A stretch of 64,000 nucleotides of DNA from Promethearchaeota archaeon Loki_b31. Lineage in GTDB: Archaea; Asgardarchaeota; Lokiarchaeia; Sigyniarchaeales; SOKP01. Location of the stretch: assembly GCA_005222975.1 (NCBI GenBank), contig NJBI01000004.1:66179-130178 (forward strand), written 5' to 3'. Both the position numbers and the translations under genes were made by a program. Below, piece after piece: positions 1-10,926 of the stretch. The notes under the pieces are model-generated. The model was not told the origin of the DNA, made no database searches, and saw nothing but the letters and a program-made list of their open reading frames with translations. Numbering within the stretch: the first letter of the stretch is position 1; the number at the start of each line of letters is the position of its first letter.

Positions 1-2
1 CT

Positions 3-3000
3 GGCTATAATGTACCAGAACAATCAATTCTATTTAATTGGGCAAGATTTAATGTTACTGATCCTGGTTTGATAGAACTTTTCTGCGAATTTGATGATTT
101 TACACCTGGTCTTGATGATGTTGATTTTTGGGCTTATCTTTATTATGGAGAAACTATAGTAGATTCGTATGAAGTAAATACCGACTCTTGGTCTCAAACT
201 CTTTCGTACACAGCAACAAGTAGCTCTCTTGGACTCTATTCTTTCAGATTTTTTATGTTTCTTATAGATAATACTGCTGACGGTTATGTAAGTGATTTCA
301 ATATTAGATTTAGAAGTGAAATGCATTGGCCTTTTAGCCCTAATCTTTTTGGAAGCGGAGATGCATGGAAAGGAGTAGCTCCTTATGCACATTTAGTAGG
401 AGTTAAAGTACTTGATGAACATGGTAGTGGGTGGAGTTCAGATATAATTAATGGAATAAATTGGGTAATAACAAACAAGAATGTTTATAACATTACTACT
501 ATGTCTTTAAGTCTTGGTGGTGGAGCAGGTGATACAGCATTTATTAGTGCCGTAAATAATGCCGTCGAAAATGGAATTGTTACGGTTGTTTCAGCCGGAA
601 ATGATGGTCCAGGAGGAAATTTTATCGGATCTCCTGGAGATGCCGATAACGTAATAACTGTGGCAGCAATGAATATCTATGACGAAACAACTGATTATAG
701 TAGTCAAGGTGGATTATCATATACGGGCAATACTGTTAAACCTGATATAACTGCTCCCGGTGGAAGTCTCTACAATGTGCAGATGTTTTCTACTGATACT
801 AACGATAACGATGCTGAAGGAGGATATCCAACTGATGGATATGCAAATGATATGGACGGTATGCAAGGAACTTCAATGTCTGCTCCGGCTGTTGCAGGAG
901 CCGCAAATTTATTAATTGAAGCTATGGGTGGCCATCAAAGTTGGGGTTATACTGGTACAGAAGCCAAACGAGTAAAAGCATTATTATTAATGTCAGCTAC
1001 CGAAACCTATCCATTATTAAGAGAAACGTATGGTGGCACATACTCTCCGGAGTTAAATCGTGGTGGAAAAGATGTTCATGAAGGGTACGGAAGACTTAAT
1101 GTTGATATAGCAATAGAGGCATATACCCAAGAATTAACTCTAGGTTCCACACAAAGTGCTTGGATCGCAAGTAGTTTTGATAATCCGTTTAGCAAGCATG
1201 GACTCGGTTGTTACATAAACCTTAATGTTGGAGAAAGTTACACTTTTACCTTGGATGTTCCAGTTGGGGCAGATTTCGATTTACATCTATACTCAAATAA
1301 TCCTTCTTCAATAGGGGAACCTATTATGGTCGCTTCAAGTACTTCCAGTGGCTTAGGAACGGACGAAATAATATCTTATACAGCAACAGAAACAGGAAAG
1401 TATTATTTAGTCGCTAAAGCCATTTCTGGCGAAGGAAGCGCAATTATAGAATATCCAATTATGGATCATGAGTTGAGTGTGTCATTAGAAGTTCCAACTA
1501 ATCCAGATATTTATCAGCCTTACATCATAAATGCGACAGTAACTAATACTGGCAGTAACGTTGAAACAAATGTTGATTTGTTTCTATATCTTGATAGTGT
1601 GCTTGTTAATTCAACAACGATTTCAACACTTCCAGTTGGTGCGAGTGATACTATTAATTTTCCATGGATTCCAACTGAATTTAGAACCTATAATTTCACT
1701 GCTTATGCTCCACCTGTACCTGGTGAGCCATTTATTGATAATAATATCGCAACTAAGTTAATAACAATTGACTATCTTGAAAATTATATTATGACGATAG
1801 ATTATGGATATAATTGGATCGAAGCTTCAGGTGGGACAGAACTTTTCTTAAGTGATGATGGTTATGCTACAATAGCATTACCATTTAGTTTTTCATTCTA
1901 TGGTGTAGCTTACTCAACAATTTATTTAGGTGCCAATGGATATCTTAGTTTCACTGATTCAACTCCTAGTGATTATTCTAACGATCCAATTCCTTCAGGA
2001 GATTTAGATCATTATTACTTAATTGCACCATTTTGGGATGATCTATACCCACCCGCTGCTACATCACATGTCTATGTACAATCATTTGGAAGCTATTGGG
2101 TTGCAGAATGGCTAGATATAAATCATTATAATGGAGGTCTAGTTGGATCCTTTGAGGTAATATTAAATGAGACAGGGGAAATTTTCTTCAATTATGACTA
2201 TATAAGCTATACAGGTGGTGGATATACATGCGGGTTAAATTTAGGCGTAGATACAGATTATTATAATTCATATCAAGGCTTAAACGATTTAACTGATGAT
2301 TTTTCAATATTATTTACATATGAGTCATTTGATCATGATTTAAGCGTTTCTTTAGATACTCCTGTGAATCCTAAAATTGGCAATTCCTACATAATCGATG
2401 CAACAGTGACTAATACCGGTTTGAACGATGAATATGATGTTGATTTATTGCTATATCTTGATGACATAATCGTCGAGTCAACCACTATTTCGATCCTTCC
2501 TGTTGATGCCAGTGAAACTATTAATTATATGTGGACTCCAACCGATTTTGGATCTTACAATTTTACTGCCTACGCTCCCCCTGTGACTGATGAGATACAC
2601 ACTGGAAACAATTTCATAACCAAAATAATAACTATTGTTGATAGTCAATTATTCGATGGAATGTTCATCAATTATACTTTCACTATTTTTGATACTGTTT
2701 ACCCTTCAGAGTTTACATACTCCTATGTCTCAGGAAAAATCTTTCATGTTGATTGGCTTATGCCAACCCAACTTCAGTATTGGGACGTTGATGCGCAAAC
2801 AAGAATTATGCAAGGTTCTTCAGGTGGCTTTGCTTTTGGAGATGGATATCATACTCCTATATGGATTTTTACCGATGTATCTTTAGGTGACGAAATTTTA
2901 ATTGCTGCCGATGCTGAAGGTGATCATCTTTTCAGCGTAGCAGGCGAATTAATCTATGATCTACCCGGTTTTGGACCGGTAGATGTGTGGGTGCTAGAAG

Positions 3001-4658
3001 ATTTAGATCTTCCTGGTGGAGTTGCTTGGTATGAAAAAAGTACTGGAATTCTCTTGAATGGCACGTTTTACTTTTCGGGAGGAGCAAGTTGGTATACATT
3101 TGATTTCGTAGATACTAATGTTGAATTTACTTATATTTCCTTTGATCATGAATTAAGCGTTTCTTTAGATACTCCTGTGAATCCTAAAATTGGAAATTCC
3201 TACATAATCGATGCAACAGTGACTAATGACGGTTTGAACGATGAATATGATGTTGATTTATTGCTATATCTTGATGACATAATCGTCGAGTCAACCACTA
3301 TTTCGAGCCTTCCTGTTGGTGCTAGTGAAACTATTAGTTATATGTGGATTCCACCAGATTTTGGATCTTACAATTTTACTGCCTACGCTCCCCCTGTGAC
3401 TGATGAAATACACACTGGAAACAATTTCATAACCAAAATAATACCTATTGTTGATACTAAATTATTCGATGGAATGTATATTGAGCATATTTACACTGAA
3501 TCTAGTTCTGGCCCTTCAATGTTTTCATATTCTTATTACTCAGGTAGTCTATTTATTGAAACTTGGGATATTATGGGATTTTCTATTCCATGGTATGTTG
3601 ATTCTCAGACAAGACTTATGTCAGGTGGGTCAGTTTTTGGTGATGGCACACATACTCCGGCGTGGATTTTTACCGATGTATCTTTAGGTGACGAAATTTT
3701 AATTGCTGCCGATGGTGAAGGCGATCATCTTTTCAGCGTAACAGGCGAATTAATCTATAATCTACCTGATTTTGGACTAATAGACGTATGGGTTTTAGAA
3801 GATTTAGATCTTCCTGGTGGAGTTGCTTGGTATGAAAAAAGTACCGGAATTCTCTTGAATGGAACATTTTACTATTCTGGAGGAACATATTGGTATACAT
3901 TTGATTTCGTAGATACTAATGTAGAATTTATTTATGCGGTCCCACCCGGTCCTTTCGTATTATCATCTAATGCTGAAACTCCCGACGACAATGGTAATTT
4001 TGATCTAAATTGGACTGCGTCTGATGGTGCATTGAATTATTTTGTATATCAATATTCTAGTTATATCACTGAAATCAATGGAAGTTTAACCCTTTTAGGA
4101 GATGGAATAACAGATCTTTCTCTTGCTTTGAGTGGTTATACTGATGGAACCTATTACTTTATCGCTGTCGCACATAACGCCAATGGTGATACTCTTTCCA
4201 ATTGTATTGAAATTGTTGTAGAACTACCACCACCACCACCAGACCTACCACCAGGTGATTTTGAACTATCATCTAATGCGGGAACACCGGATGATAATGG
4301 TGCGTTTGATTTAACGTGGGAAAGTGCAGATGGAGCTCTTACTTACTCTGTGTATAGATATTCAAGCTATATTACGGAAATCAATGGAAGTTTAACCCTT
4401 TTAGGATATGGAATAACAGATCTTTCTCTTGCTTTGAGTGGTTATACTAATGGAACCTATTACTTTATAGTTGTAGCGCACAATGATTATGGTGATACTC
4501 TTTCCAATTGCATCGAAGTTGTTGTGCAAATCCCACCGGAACCGGAGCCAACACCGCCCGTAATTCCTGGATACAACCTCTACTTCATATTTACAGCAAT
4601 AGGTATAGTTTCTGCTATAACAATTAGAAAACGGCGTAAAAAAAGAAGTGAATACTAA
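3..4658 (+). CDS. Large surface-anchored subtilisin-family (S8) serine protease with PPC, CARDB-like and FN3-like modules and a Loki-type C-terminal sorting tail; 5'-truncated by the window
   Basis: Frame is open from nt 3. Motifs: KGVAP, oxyanion SAGNDG, KPDITAPG, catalytic GTSMSAP, DFDLHLY (PPC), repeated INATVTNTG (CARDB). Ends IPGYN + hydrophobic helix + RKRRKKR. Confidence 0.92.
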   Translation, partial: GYNVPEQSILFNWARFNVTDPGLIELFCEFDDFTPGLDDVDFWAYLYYGETIVDSYEVNTDSWSQTLSYTATSSSLGLYSFRFFMFLIDNTADGYVSDFNIRFRSEMHWPFSPNLFGSGDAWKGVAPYAHLVGVKVLDEHGSGWSSDIINGINWVITNKNVYNITTMSLSLGGGAGDTAFISAVNNAVENGIVTVVSAGNDGPGGNFIGSPGDADNVITVAAMNIYDETTDYSSQGGLSYTGNTVKPDITAPGGSLYNVQMFSTDTNDNDAEGGYPTDGYANDMDGMQGTSMSAPAVAGAANLLIEAMGGHQSWGYTGTEAKRVKALLLMSATETYPLLRETYGGTYSPELNRGGKDVHEGYGRLNVDIAIEAYTQELTLGSTQSAWIASSFDNPFSKHGLGCYINLNVGESYTFTLDVPVGADFDLHLYSNNPSSIGEPIMVASSTSSGLGTDEIISYTATETGKYYLVAKAISGEGSAIIEYPIMDHELSVSLEVPTNPDIYQPYIINATVTNTGSNVETNVDLFLYLDSVLVNSTTISTLPVGASDTINFPWIPTEFRTYNFTAYAPPVPGEPFIDNNIATKLITIDYLENYIMTIDYGYNWIEASGGTELFLSDDGYATIALPFSFSFYGVAYSTIYLGANGYLSFTDSTPSDYSNDPIPSGDLDHYYLIAPFWDDLYPPAATSHVYVQSFGSYWVAEWLDINHYNGGLVGSFEVILNETGEIFFNYDYISYTGGGYTCGLNLGVDTDYYNSYQGLNDLTDDFSILFTYESFDHDLSVSLDTPVNPKIGNSYIIDATVTNTGLNDEYDVDLLLYLDDIIVESTTISILPVDASETINYMWTPTDFGSYNFTAYAPPVTDEIHTGNNFITKIITIVDSQLFDGMFINYTFTIFDTVYPSEFTYSYVSGKIFHVDWLMPTQLQYWDVDAQTRIMQGSSGGFAFGDGYHTPIWIFTDVSLGDEILIAADAEGDHLFSVAGELIYDLPGFGPVDVWVLEDLDLPGGVAWYEKSTGILLNGTFYFSGGASWYTFDFVDTNVEFTYISFDHELSVSLDTPVNPKIGNSYIIDATVTNDGLNDEYDVDLLLYLDDIIVESTTISSLPVGASETISYMWIPPDFGSYNFTAYAPPVTDEIHTGNNFITKIIPIVDTKLFDGMYIEHIYTESSSGPSMFSYSYYSGSLFIETWDIMGFSIPWYVDSQTRLMSGGSVFGDGTHTPAWIFTDVSLGDEILIAADGEGDHLFSVTGELIYNLPDFGLIDVWVLEDLDLPGGVAWYEKSTGILLNGTFYYSGGTYWYTFDFVDTNVEFIYAVPPGPFVLSSNAETPDDNGNFDLNWTASDGALNYFVYQYSSYITEINGSLTLLGDGITDLSLALSGYTDGTYYFIAVAHNANGDTLSNCIEIVVELPPPPPDLPPGDFELSSNAGTPDDNGAFDLTWESADGALTYSVYRYSSYITEINGSLTLLGYGITDLSLALSGYTNGTYYFIVVAHNDYGDTLSNCIEVVVQIPPEPEPTPPVIPGYNLYFIFTAIGIVSAITIRKRRKKRSEY
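2328..3929 (+). repeat. Intragenic tandem duplication of an ~800-bp unit (CARDB plus a second domain), copies ~2328-3128 and ~3141-3929
   Basis: Long near-identical DNA blocks, e.g. ttagatactcctgtgaatcctaaaattgg and gatttagatcttcctggtggagttgcttggtatgaaaaaag, occur in both copies. Confidence 0.9.
3941..4517 (+). repeat. Intragenic duplication of an ~306-bp FN3-like module
   Basis: PPGxFxLSSNA..PDDNG.FDL.W occurs twice, with the shared DNA block gaaatcaatggaagtttaacccttttagga. Confidence 0.88.
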
Positions 4659-4894
4659 AAAAATCTTAAATTCTTTTTTTTTTTCTTATTATTATATTGT
4701 TTATTTTCTAATTATGTCAGAAATTTAAAATTAGGACATAAAGATACAACATATCTCTTCGAATAACAAAAAATATTAGAGGAAATTTTATTTTTCATTG
4801 TCGTTGAGTTAAACTGTTAGAATATAAAGAGTAATAATAAATAGAAAGTAAGAGGTAATTAAATATACGTCCTTGGTATTGGCCTATTGAGGGT

Positions 4895-5350
4895 ATGCCC
4901 AAAAAATCCGAGCCGTTTACGTGGATTGTTAAGGAAAAAATGGCAGCAAGTTGGTGGCCTGATCCGCCGGTTTTTGAAAAGTACAAAAAAGAAGGAATCT
5001 CAGTCGTAATCAATTGTTCGGAATTTGATAACAGAAAAAATATCCCTAACGGATTTAAATATTATCATATAAATGTTCCTGATTATGGATTACCAACAGA
5101 AAAGCAAATAGAAGATTTTCTGGTAATTTGTGAGAAACATAGACAAAATAATGAATCAATCGTTGTTCATTGTGTTGCGGGGTGTGGGAGAACCGGGCAA
5201 TTTATTGTAGCATGGGCTGCCAATAATGGATATATACCCGAACATATGGATCCCGTAAGATGGATACGAAAATATAGACCATGCAGTCTTGAGACTAAAG
5301 AACAAATGAATTTTGCGCGGAGAATAGCAAAAAAATATCAAAAAAACTGA
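4895..5350 (+). CDS. Dual-specificity protein phosphatase (Cdc14/KAP-like)
   Basis: HCVAGCGRTG (HCx5R), VPDYGLP acid loop, IRKYRPCSLETKEQ. Confidence 0.9.
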   Translation: MPKKSEPFTWIVKEKMAASWWPDPPVFEKYKKEGISVVINCSEFDNRKNIPNGFKYYHINVPDYGLPTEKQIEDFLVICEKHRQNNESIVVHCVAGCGRTGQFIVAWAANNGYIPEHMDPVRWIRKYRPCSLETKEQMNFARRIAKKYQKN

Positions 5351-5457
5351 TAATGTAAAGTATTTATTAGATTAATTTTATTAGATTAGTAATTTTGTAT
5401 TGAATAAGTTGTCATAAAAATATTTACATCTAAAATTCTTGATTATTTAGGGTTATT

Positions 5458-6612
5458 ATGAATAAGGAAGATTATATTTACATGATATTAGATAATGTGT
5501 TGGTCTATAACATTAATCTTCCTACTGAACTTCAAAGTAACGGATTGAACAGCCATCTTAATAAATTTGACGAGAAAAATCTTGTTATAATTGCGGGCTT
5601 TACCAAAAACTTCTTGGAGCACTTTTTAATAGTTTCAAACGGTAAAACACAGCAAGATGTCGCCGAACTTTTAAAAAAAATGGAAAAAATTTCCTATATG
5701 GTTGGACCAATAGGGAACCTAAGCTATTTAACCAGCGATCAAATCGATCACATACTTACCAAAATAAATTCTCTTAAAATAATTGAAATTAACGAAGAGA
5801 AAATTAGTTTGCTTGCAGACGATCGACTAAGGGAACAATTTGGGGGCACAAGCACTTACAGTACTTCGGAAGCTTTGGAAAACCAACTAGCAAGTGCTGC
5901 TTTTTACTTAATGAATATGGGATACTCTCGAGAGGACATACAAGAAAGATTTAACGAAGTTAGACAAGATCCTACGAAATTAGAAGCTCTTTTTAATCTA
6001 AAACAGAGAGAAATTTATAGCACACCTTCTGAAATCCAACAAGGTTCTTTACCATCTCCACCGAGCCATCAAGAAACACCCATCGATCAAAGTCAAGATT
6101 TGAACGAAACAATTGCGCGTCATATACAATCAATTCACCAAGAGATAACAGAGGAGAGAGCGCAAAAGGTTGAAGTAATCGTTGAGCAAATAAAAGCACA
6201 TGTTAGAGATAACATGAGCGAGCTCCAACAAAAAGTGTTTAGAAAAATGCACCCAGATAGATTAAACCGAGCGTTGAAGACGCTCAAAACAACAAAAAGA
6301 AAATCAAAACGGATGAATTTATATATAGAATGGTATACAGCTAGTTTACTTCTTTCTAAAATAGAGTTAAAAGTAGAGCACTGGCAAGTTTCGTCTACGG
6401 CAGGTCATGGAAGCGCAGGCGTTTATACGGCCGGATTAGATTTTTCTCGATACGATAACATTATCCGTGAATTTTCGGATGGAAAGCTAACTAAAGTTGT
6501 TAATATTGCTAAACGAATTCTGCAAAACCCAACTAAAAAAGCCATTCAAAAGCTTGGTCAAGATCTCATAGCAGAAACGGGATTTGACGAGCATCTATAC
6601 TTTACAGATTAA
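5458..6612 (+). CDS. Hypothetical protein with a possible central UBA-like helical motif
   Basis: 384-aa ORF containing LMNMGYSREDI followed by a P/Q/S-rich linker. Confidence 0.75.
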   Translation: MNKEDYIYMILDNVLVYNINLPTELQSNGLNSHLNKFDEKNLVIIAGFTKNFLEHFLIVSNGKTQQDVAELLKKMEKISYMVGPIGNLSYLTSDQIDHILTKINSLKIIEINEEKISLLADDRLREQFGGTSTYSTSEALENQLASAAFYLMNMGYSREDIQERFNEVRQDPTKLEALFNLKQREIYSTPSEIQQGSLPSPPSHQETPIDQSQDLNETIARHIQSIHQEITEERAQKVEVIVEQIKAHVRDNMSELQQKVFRKMHPDRLNRALKTLKTTKRKSKRMNLYIEWYTASLLLSKIELKVEHWQVSSTAGHGSAGVYTAGLDFSRYDNIIREFSDGKLTKVVNIAKRILQNPTKKAIQKLGQDLIAETGFDEHLYFTD

Positions 6613-6661
6613 ATTTGGAACTTTATTAAAGAACATTTAAAATAAAAATAATAATATTTTT

Positions 6662-8278
6662 TTATTCTTTCTTAAAAACTGATCTACCCCTTATAATCGT
6701 TTCAAGAACGCGAATTTCTTTAATCTCATCTTTAGGAACTTCTAATGGGTTTTTATCTAATATAACAAAATCAGCAAGTTTTCCTACTTCTATGCTCCCC
6801 TTAATGTTTTCCTCAAAGGCAGCGTATGCAGCGTTAATAGTATAGGTTTTTAAAGCCTCTTCCATAATTAAAATCTCTTCTGGAATAAAACCATTTCTAG
6901 TTACTAAAGCATGTAATCCTAAGATAGGGCTAGGATCTTCGATCGGACAATCTGATCCTGAAGCAAGAACGACGCCCGCATCAACAATTGATTTCATTGG
7001 ATAAGTATACTTACATCGTTCTTCGCCGAGCCGTTTTACCAACCAGGTGTATTCTGAATTAATAAAGGGTGGTTGACACGAAGCAATTACGCCATAAGTA
7101 GCCATATCTTTAATAACATCCTTAGTTAGCATAGAGGCGTGCTCAATTCTATGGCGATGGTCGTTCCGAGGAAATTCCGTTAAAAGCTTCTTATATAAAT
7201 CCATGGCTATTCGGTTTCCTTTATCTCCGATTGCGTGAATCCCAATTTGAAAACCATTGTTATGGGCTACAACCATCTTCTCGTAAATTGCTTCCTCCTC
7301 AACAACACAAAATCCACACGCTCCTGGCTCATCTGAAAAGGAGTCGAACATACATGCTGTTTTTGCTCCAAAAGTACCGTCGAGAAATAGTTTTAAAGCA
7401 CCAACTTTAAACTTACTATCTTTCTTTCCACCATCTAAGGGAGGTTTTCTTAATTTGAGCAATTTTTTAGGTTTCTCAGTATTGATTAAAGCGTACCAAT
7501 TTTGTAAAATACTATTTTGGATTGATTTACGTAAGGGTAGTTCCATTGCTCCTGCATCACCAAATTCTCCCGTACTATCGGCACTAAGTATACCGTGGAG
7601 CGATGTCAATCCTTTCTGAGCGAAATTCCTAAAAGCTTTAACAGCCGCTTCTTTTATTTTATCTACACTTGGAAATGACATTTTAGATAAAATGATGTCT
7701 AATGCTTTCTCAGATATGACACCTGTAAGATTTCCATTACTATCTTTTCGTATTTCGCCACCTTCAGGAATTATTGTATGCTCGTCTATTTTTGCTAGCT
7801 TTAACGCTTTGGTGTTTGCGATGCCTATATGTCCGTCATATCTCAACACAAAAACAGGATGATCGGGGCATGCTTCGTCTAAATCTCCCTTATTAGGTAA
7901 CTTTGGAACATCGAATTTTTCCTCGCATAGATTAAATACTATCATAAGCTCATCTTTGTTTCTTTCTTTTGATGCTTTCACTAAATATTCTTTAAGCTCT
8001 TTAATACTTTTCACATCTGATACATCAGGACTTAATAAATAAAAAATATAAATAATCGGATGTAGATGACAATCAATAAATCCTGGAAGCAAAGAGTGAC
8101 CCTTTAAATCAATAAGCGCAGATTCATTCCCTAAGACTTTTTTAACGTCTTCTAAATCACCAACAGATACGATCTTTTCGCCTTCAATTCCTATAGCCTC
8201 GACGAAGGGTTGATTTTCGTTTATAGTTACTATTGACCCTCCAAAATAAATTTTTTTTTCTAAATTTATCATGCTCAT
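6662..8278 (-). CDS. Amidohydrolase family 3 (YtcJ-like) metal-dependent hydrolase
   Basis: LPGFIDCHLH, KLFLDG, HAIGD, RHRIEH, GSDCP, GSIEVGKLADF. Confidence 0.93.
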   Translation of the reverse strand: MSMINLEKKIYFGGSIVTINENQPFVEAIGIEGEKIVSVGDLEDVKKVLGNESALIDLKGHSLLPGFIDCHLHPIIYIFYLLSPDVSDVKSIKELKEYLVKASKERNKDELMIVFNLCEEKFDVPKLPNKGDLDEACPDHPVFVLRYDGHIGIANTKALKLAKIDEHTIIPEGGEIRKDSNGNLTGVISEKALDIILSKMSFPSVDKIKEAAVKAFRNFAQKGLTSLHGILSADSTGEFGDAGAMELPLRKSIQNSILQNWYALINTEKPKKLLKLRKPPLDGGKKDSKFKVGALKLFLDGTFGAKTACMFDSFSDEPGACGFCVVEEEAIYEKMVVAHNNGFQIGIHAIGDKGNRIAMDLYKKLLTEFPRNDHRHRIEHASMLTKDVIKDMATYGVIASCQPPFINSEYTWLVKRLGEERCKYTYPMKSIVDAGVVLASGSDCPIEDPSPILGLHALVTRNGFIPEEILIMEEALKTYTINAAYAAFEENIKGSIEVGKLADFVILDKNPLEVPKDEIKEIRVLETIIRGRSVFKKE

Positions 8279-8451
8279 AAAACCAATATTTGATAATTTT
8301 TATATTATAAGAATTGGTTTAAACAAATTAAAAATTGATTTTTTCCATTGAGTAAGTATTTTATAAGAAAAGTTTAAAAAATTTTGATTAATTCTTAGAT
8401 TTAACTGTAAAAAAATAAATAGCTTCAGTTAATAAGAAAGGCGTATAGAAA

Positions 8452-10809
8452 ATGGTTAAAAAATCCGACTTAAAGAAACTTAATTCGATTATGCAAGAAG
8501 GAAATGAATTCAAAAACCTAAGAAAATACAATAAAGCGGTTGAAAAGTATTTCGAAGCTTTAAGGTTCGTAGAGGAGAAGGTCAAAGAACCAGAAGAACG
8601 CGAAGACGAGACAGCAAACATCAAATCTCAAATTGACCAAATATATTCTGTAGAAATCATCGATATTATTGAAACGGCAAATAATTTCATTAATAACAAC
8701 GATTTCGACAATGCTTATAAAACTTTTGACGAAGTAGGAAGGATCGCTGATAAAATTGTAGACAAGGGCTTGAGAGATTATGAAGTTAATGAAATTAATT
8801 ACATAATAAATAAAACCAAAATTGAAGAGTCCCTCTTCCTAGCCGAAGCAGTAAAAAAGGAAGAGCAATACGATCGAGCTATTAGCATGCTTAGAGACAC
8901 CTTAAATGCCGCCAAAGAGTTTTATATGGAAGATCTCGAAGGTGAACTGATTAAAAAAATTGAAAATTCTATCAATGAAACATATTCCATAAAAGTTAAT
9001 CTGTTAGTTGAAAAAGCAAATAAATTAAAAGCAAACGGAAATCTTGACGCCGCGCTTAAAACATATAGTGAAGGTCTTAAATTGACAGATAATTATTACG
9101 AGTCTCAATTAAAAGATACTGAAATAACCAATTTGATAAGTTTGATCAACCAAATTTATTCGAATAAAGTGAAACCTATTGTACAAAATGGACAAAACTT
9201 AATCGAACAGAACAACTTCGAACAAGCAGCCAAAGAATTCGAAGAAGCATTAAGAATTACTAATGAAATGTACGATTCAGAACAAAAGAAATCGGAAATA
9301 AAACGAATAAATTCTATTGCCTCAGGTGTGCTGAATCCAATTTATTTAGAAAGAATTAAACCTATTTTAGATAAGGGAAAAGAGCTAACTATCAAAGATA
9401 ATTTTGAGGAAAATGTTAGTGTTGTAAACGAAATAGTTGATTTTTATCATAAGGCTTTGGAAATTGCAAATAAGATGGCTGAATCAAGAGAACGAAACGA
9501 TCAGATAACCGAAATAACTAATTTAATTAACAAGACTTGTAAAAAGAGAATTGATTTTATTAAAGAAAAATCGATTCAAAAAATAGGACAACGAGATTAC
9601 GAAAAAGCAATTAACGAGTTATATGCCGCAATTAGTGTCGCAAAGAGAATGGCTATTCCTGAAGAAACAAACGAATTTTTTATAGATTTGAAAAATACTG
9701 TAAATAAGGTCTATCTCGCTCAAATTAAGGAGGTTCTTAAAGAAGGTACAGATAAATTAGCTCTGAAAAATTATAACGAAGCAATAGTAATTTTTAATAG
9801 GGCTCTTGAAATGACGAATAAAATGTACCTAACTCAAGAGATGGAAGAAGAGATTAACAAAATTAAAGGCTTAGTCTATCAAGCAGAATTAAAAGAGTTA
9901 GTAGACCGTGGAGATTTATCTGAAGAAATACAGAAATACGAAAAAGAACTCGAAAAACTTAACAAAAAAATGGATTACGCCAAAACTATCGATGACCCCA
10001 ACCGTAGATTTCAAGAGATGGAACAAATAAAGAAATCTATTGACGAAGTATACCACTCCGAAATCAAGCTACTAGTTGAACAAGGCGTACAGTTAGCAGA
10101 TAGCGAAGCCTTTAAAGAATCCTTTGAAAACTTTGAAAGAGCAATTAAAATTAACGAATCCATCAAAAGTCCAGAATTTAAAAACCTAATTGCCATTAAA
10201 TACGAATACAAGCTTAAATTAATTGAAAAAGCCATATTAGAAATTAAAAGAAAAAGCTATGATATTGCCATCGCAGATTGCAATAAAGCAATAGAACTTG
10301 ATAGTACTTTTATAGACGCTTTCTATTACATCGGTATTGCAAACAACGATAGACACGAGTACAACACTGCCATTGACTATTTTAATAAAGCTATTAATTT
10401 CAACCCTAAACACGCAAAATCATGGAATAATATGGGATTTAGTTACGAAAAATTAAGTCAATTCGATAAAGCAATCGACTCTTATAAAAAAGCGATTGGA
10501 TTTGAACCAATTTACGCATTAGCATACTATAATATGGCAAATTCGTATATACATAAAGAACAGCTTGATTACGCAATTGACGCTTATAAAAAGGCAACGG
10601 AAATCGACCCGGATTACGCGTTCGCTTGGCTTTTTATGGGATATGCTTATTTAGATAAAAATGATTACCATTCAGCGATCCAAAACATAGATAAAGCAAT
10701 CAATATAAATCCCGAAATAGGAAACGAGATTAGCCCTTTTATTGCTGATATTAAAATATCAGTAGAAAAACTTCAAAAAGGCTTATCAGAGAAGTTTGCT
10801 AACAAATAA
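8452..10809 (+). CDS. Tetratricopeptide-repeat protein
   Basis: Canonical C-terminal TPRs (AWLFMGYAY, SWNNMGFSY, AIDSYKKAI) after long degenerate helical repeats. Confidence 0.88.
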   Translation: MVKKSDLKKLNSIMQEGNEFKNLRKYNKAVEKYFEALRFVEEKVKEPEEREDETANIKSQIDQIYSVEIIDIIETANNFINNNDFDNAYKTFDEVGRIADKIVDKGLRDYEVNEINYIINKTKIEESLFLAEAVKKEEQYDRAISMLRDTLNAAKEFYMEDLEGELIKKIENSINETYSIKVNLLVEKANKLKANGNLDAALKTYSEGLKLTDNYYESQLKDTEITNLISLINQIYSNKVKPIVQNGQNLIEQNNFEQAAKEFEEALRITNEMYDSEQKKSEIKRINSIASGVLNPIYLERIKPILDKGKELTIKDNFEENVSVVNEIVDFYHKALEIANKMAESRERNDQITEITNLINKTCKKRIDFIKEKSIQKIGQRDYEKAINELYAAISVAKRMAIPEETNEFFIDLKNTVNKVYLAQIKEVLKEGTDKLALKNYNEAIVIFNRALEMTNKMYLTQEMEEEINKIKGLVYQAELKELVDRGDLSEEIQKYEKELEKLNKKMDYAKTIDDPNRRFQEMEQIKKSIDEVYHSEIKLLVEQGVQLADSEAFKESFENFERAIKINESIKSPEFKNLIAIKYEYKLKLIEKAILEIKRKSYDIAIADCNKAIELDSTFIDAFYYIGIANNDRHEYNTAIDYFNKAINFNPKHAKSWNNMGFSYEKLSQFDKAIDSYKKAIGFEPIYALAYYNMANSYIHKEQLDYAIDAYKKATEIDPDYAFAWLFMGYAYLDKNDYHSAIQNIDKAININPEIGNEISPFIADIKISVEKLQKGLSEKFANK

Positions 10810-10926
10810 ATTTCTTACCTCATATGACTTTAATTTTAATTTGTTGATCTTAATCTAATTCACTTTCATGTTAAATTTTATGAATATTAAAAAAAAAGAC
10901 AAGAAAAATAATACTAAAAATAAGTT

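Noticed and set aside
30-392. Short antisense or alternate-frame ORFs in the track (e.g. 30-392, 15833-16228, 24411-24740, 47487-47864, 59035-59505)
   Set aside because: They are shadows of well-supported genes on the other strand or frame, with no motifs of their own.
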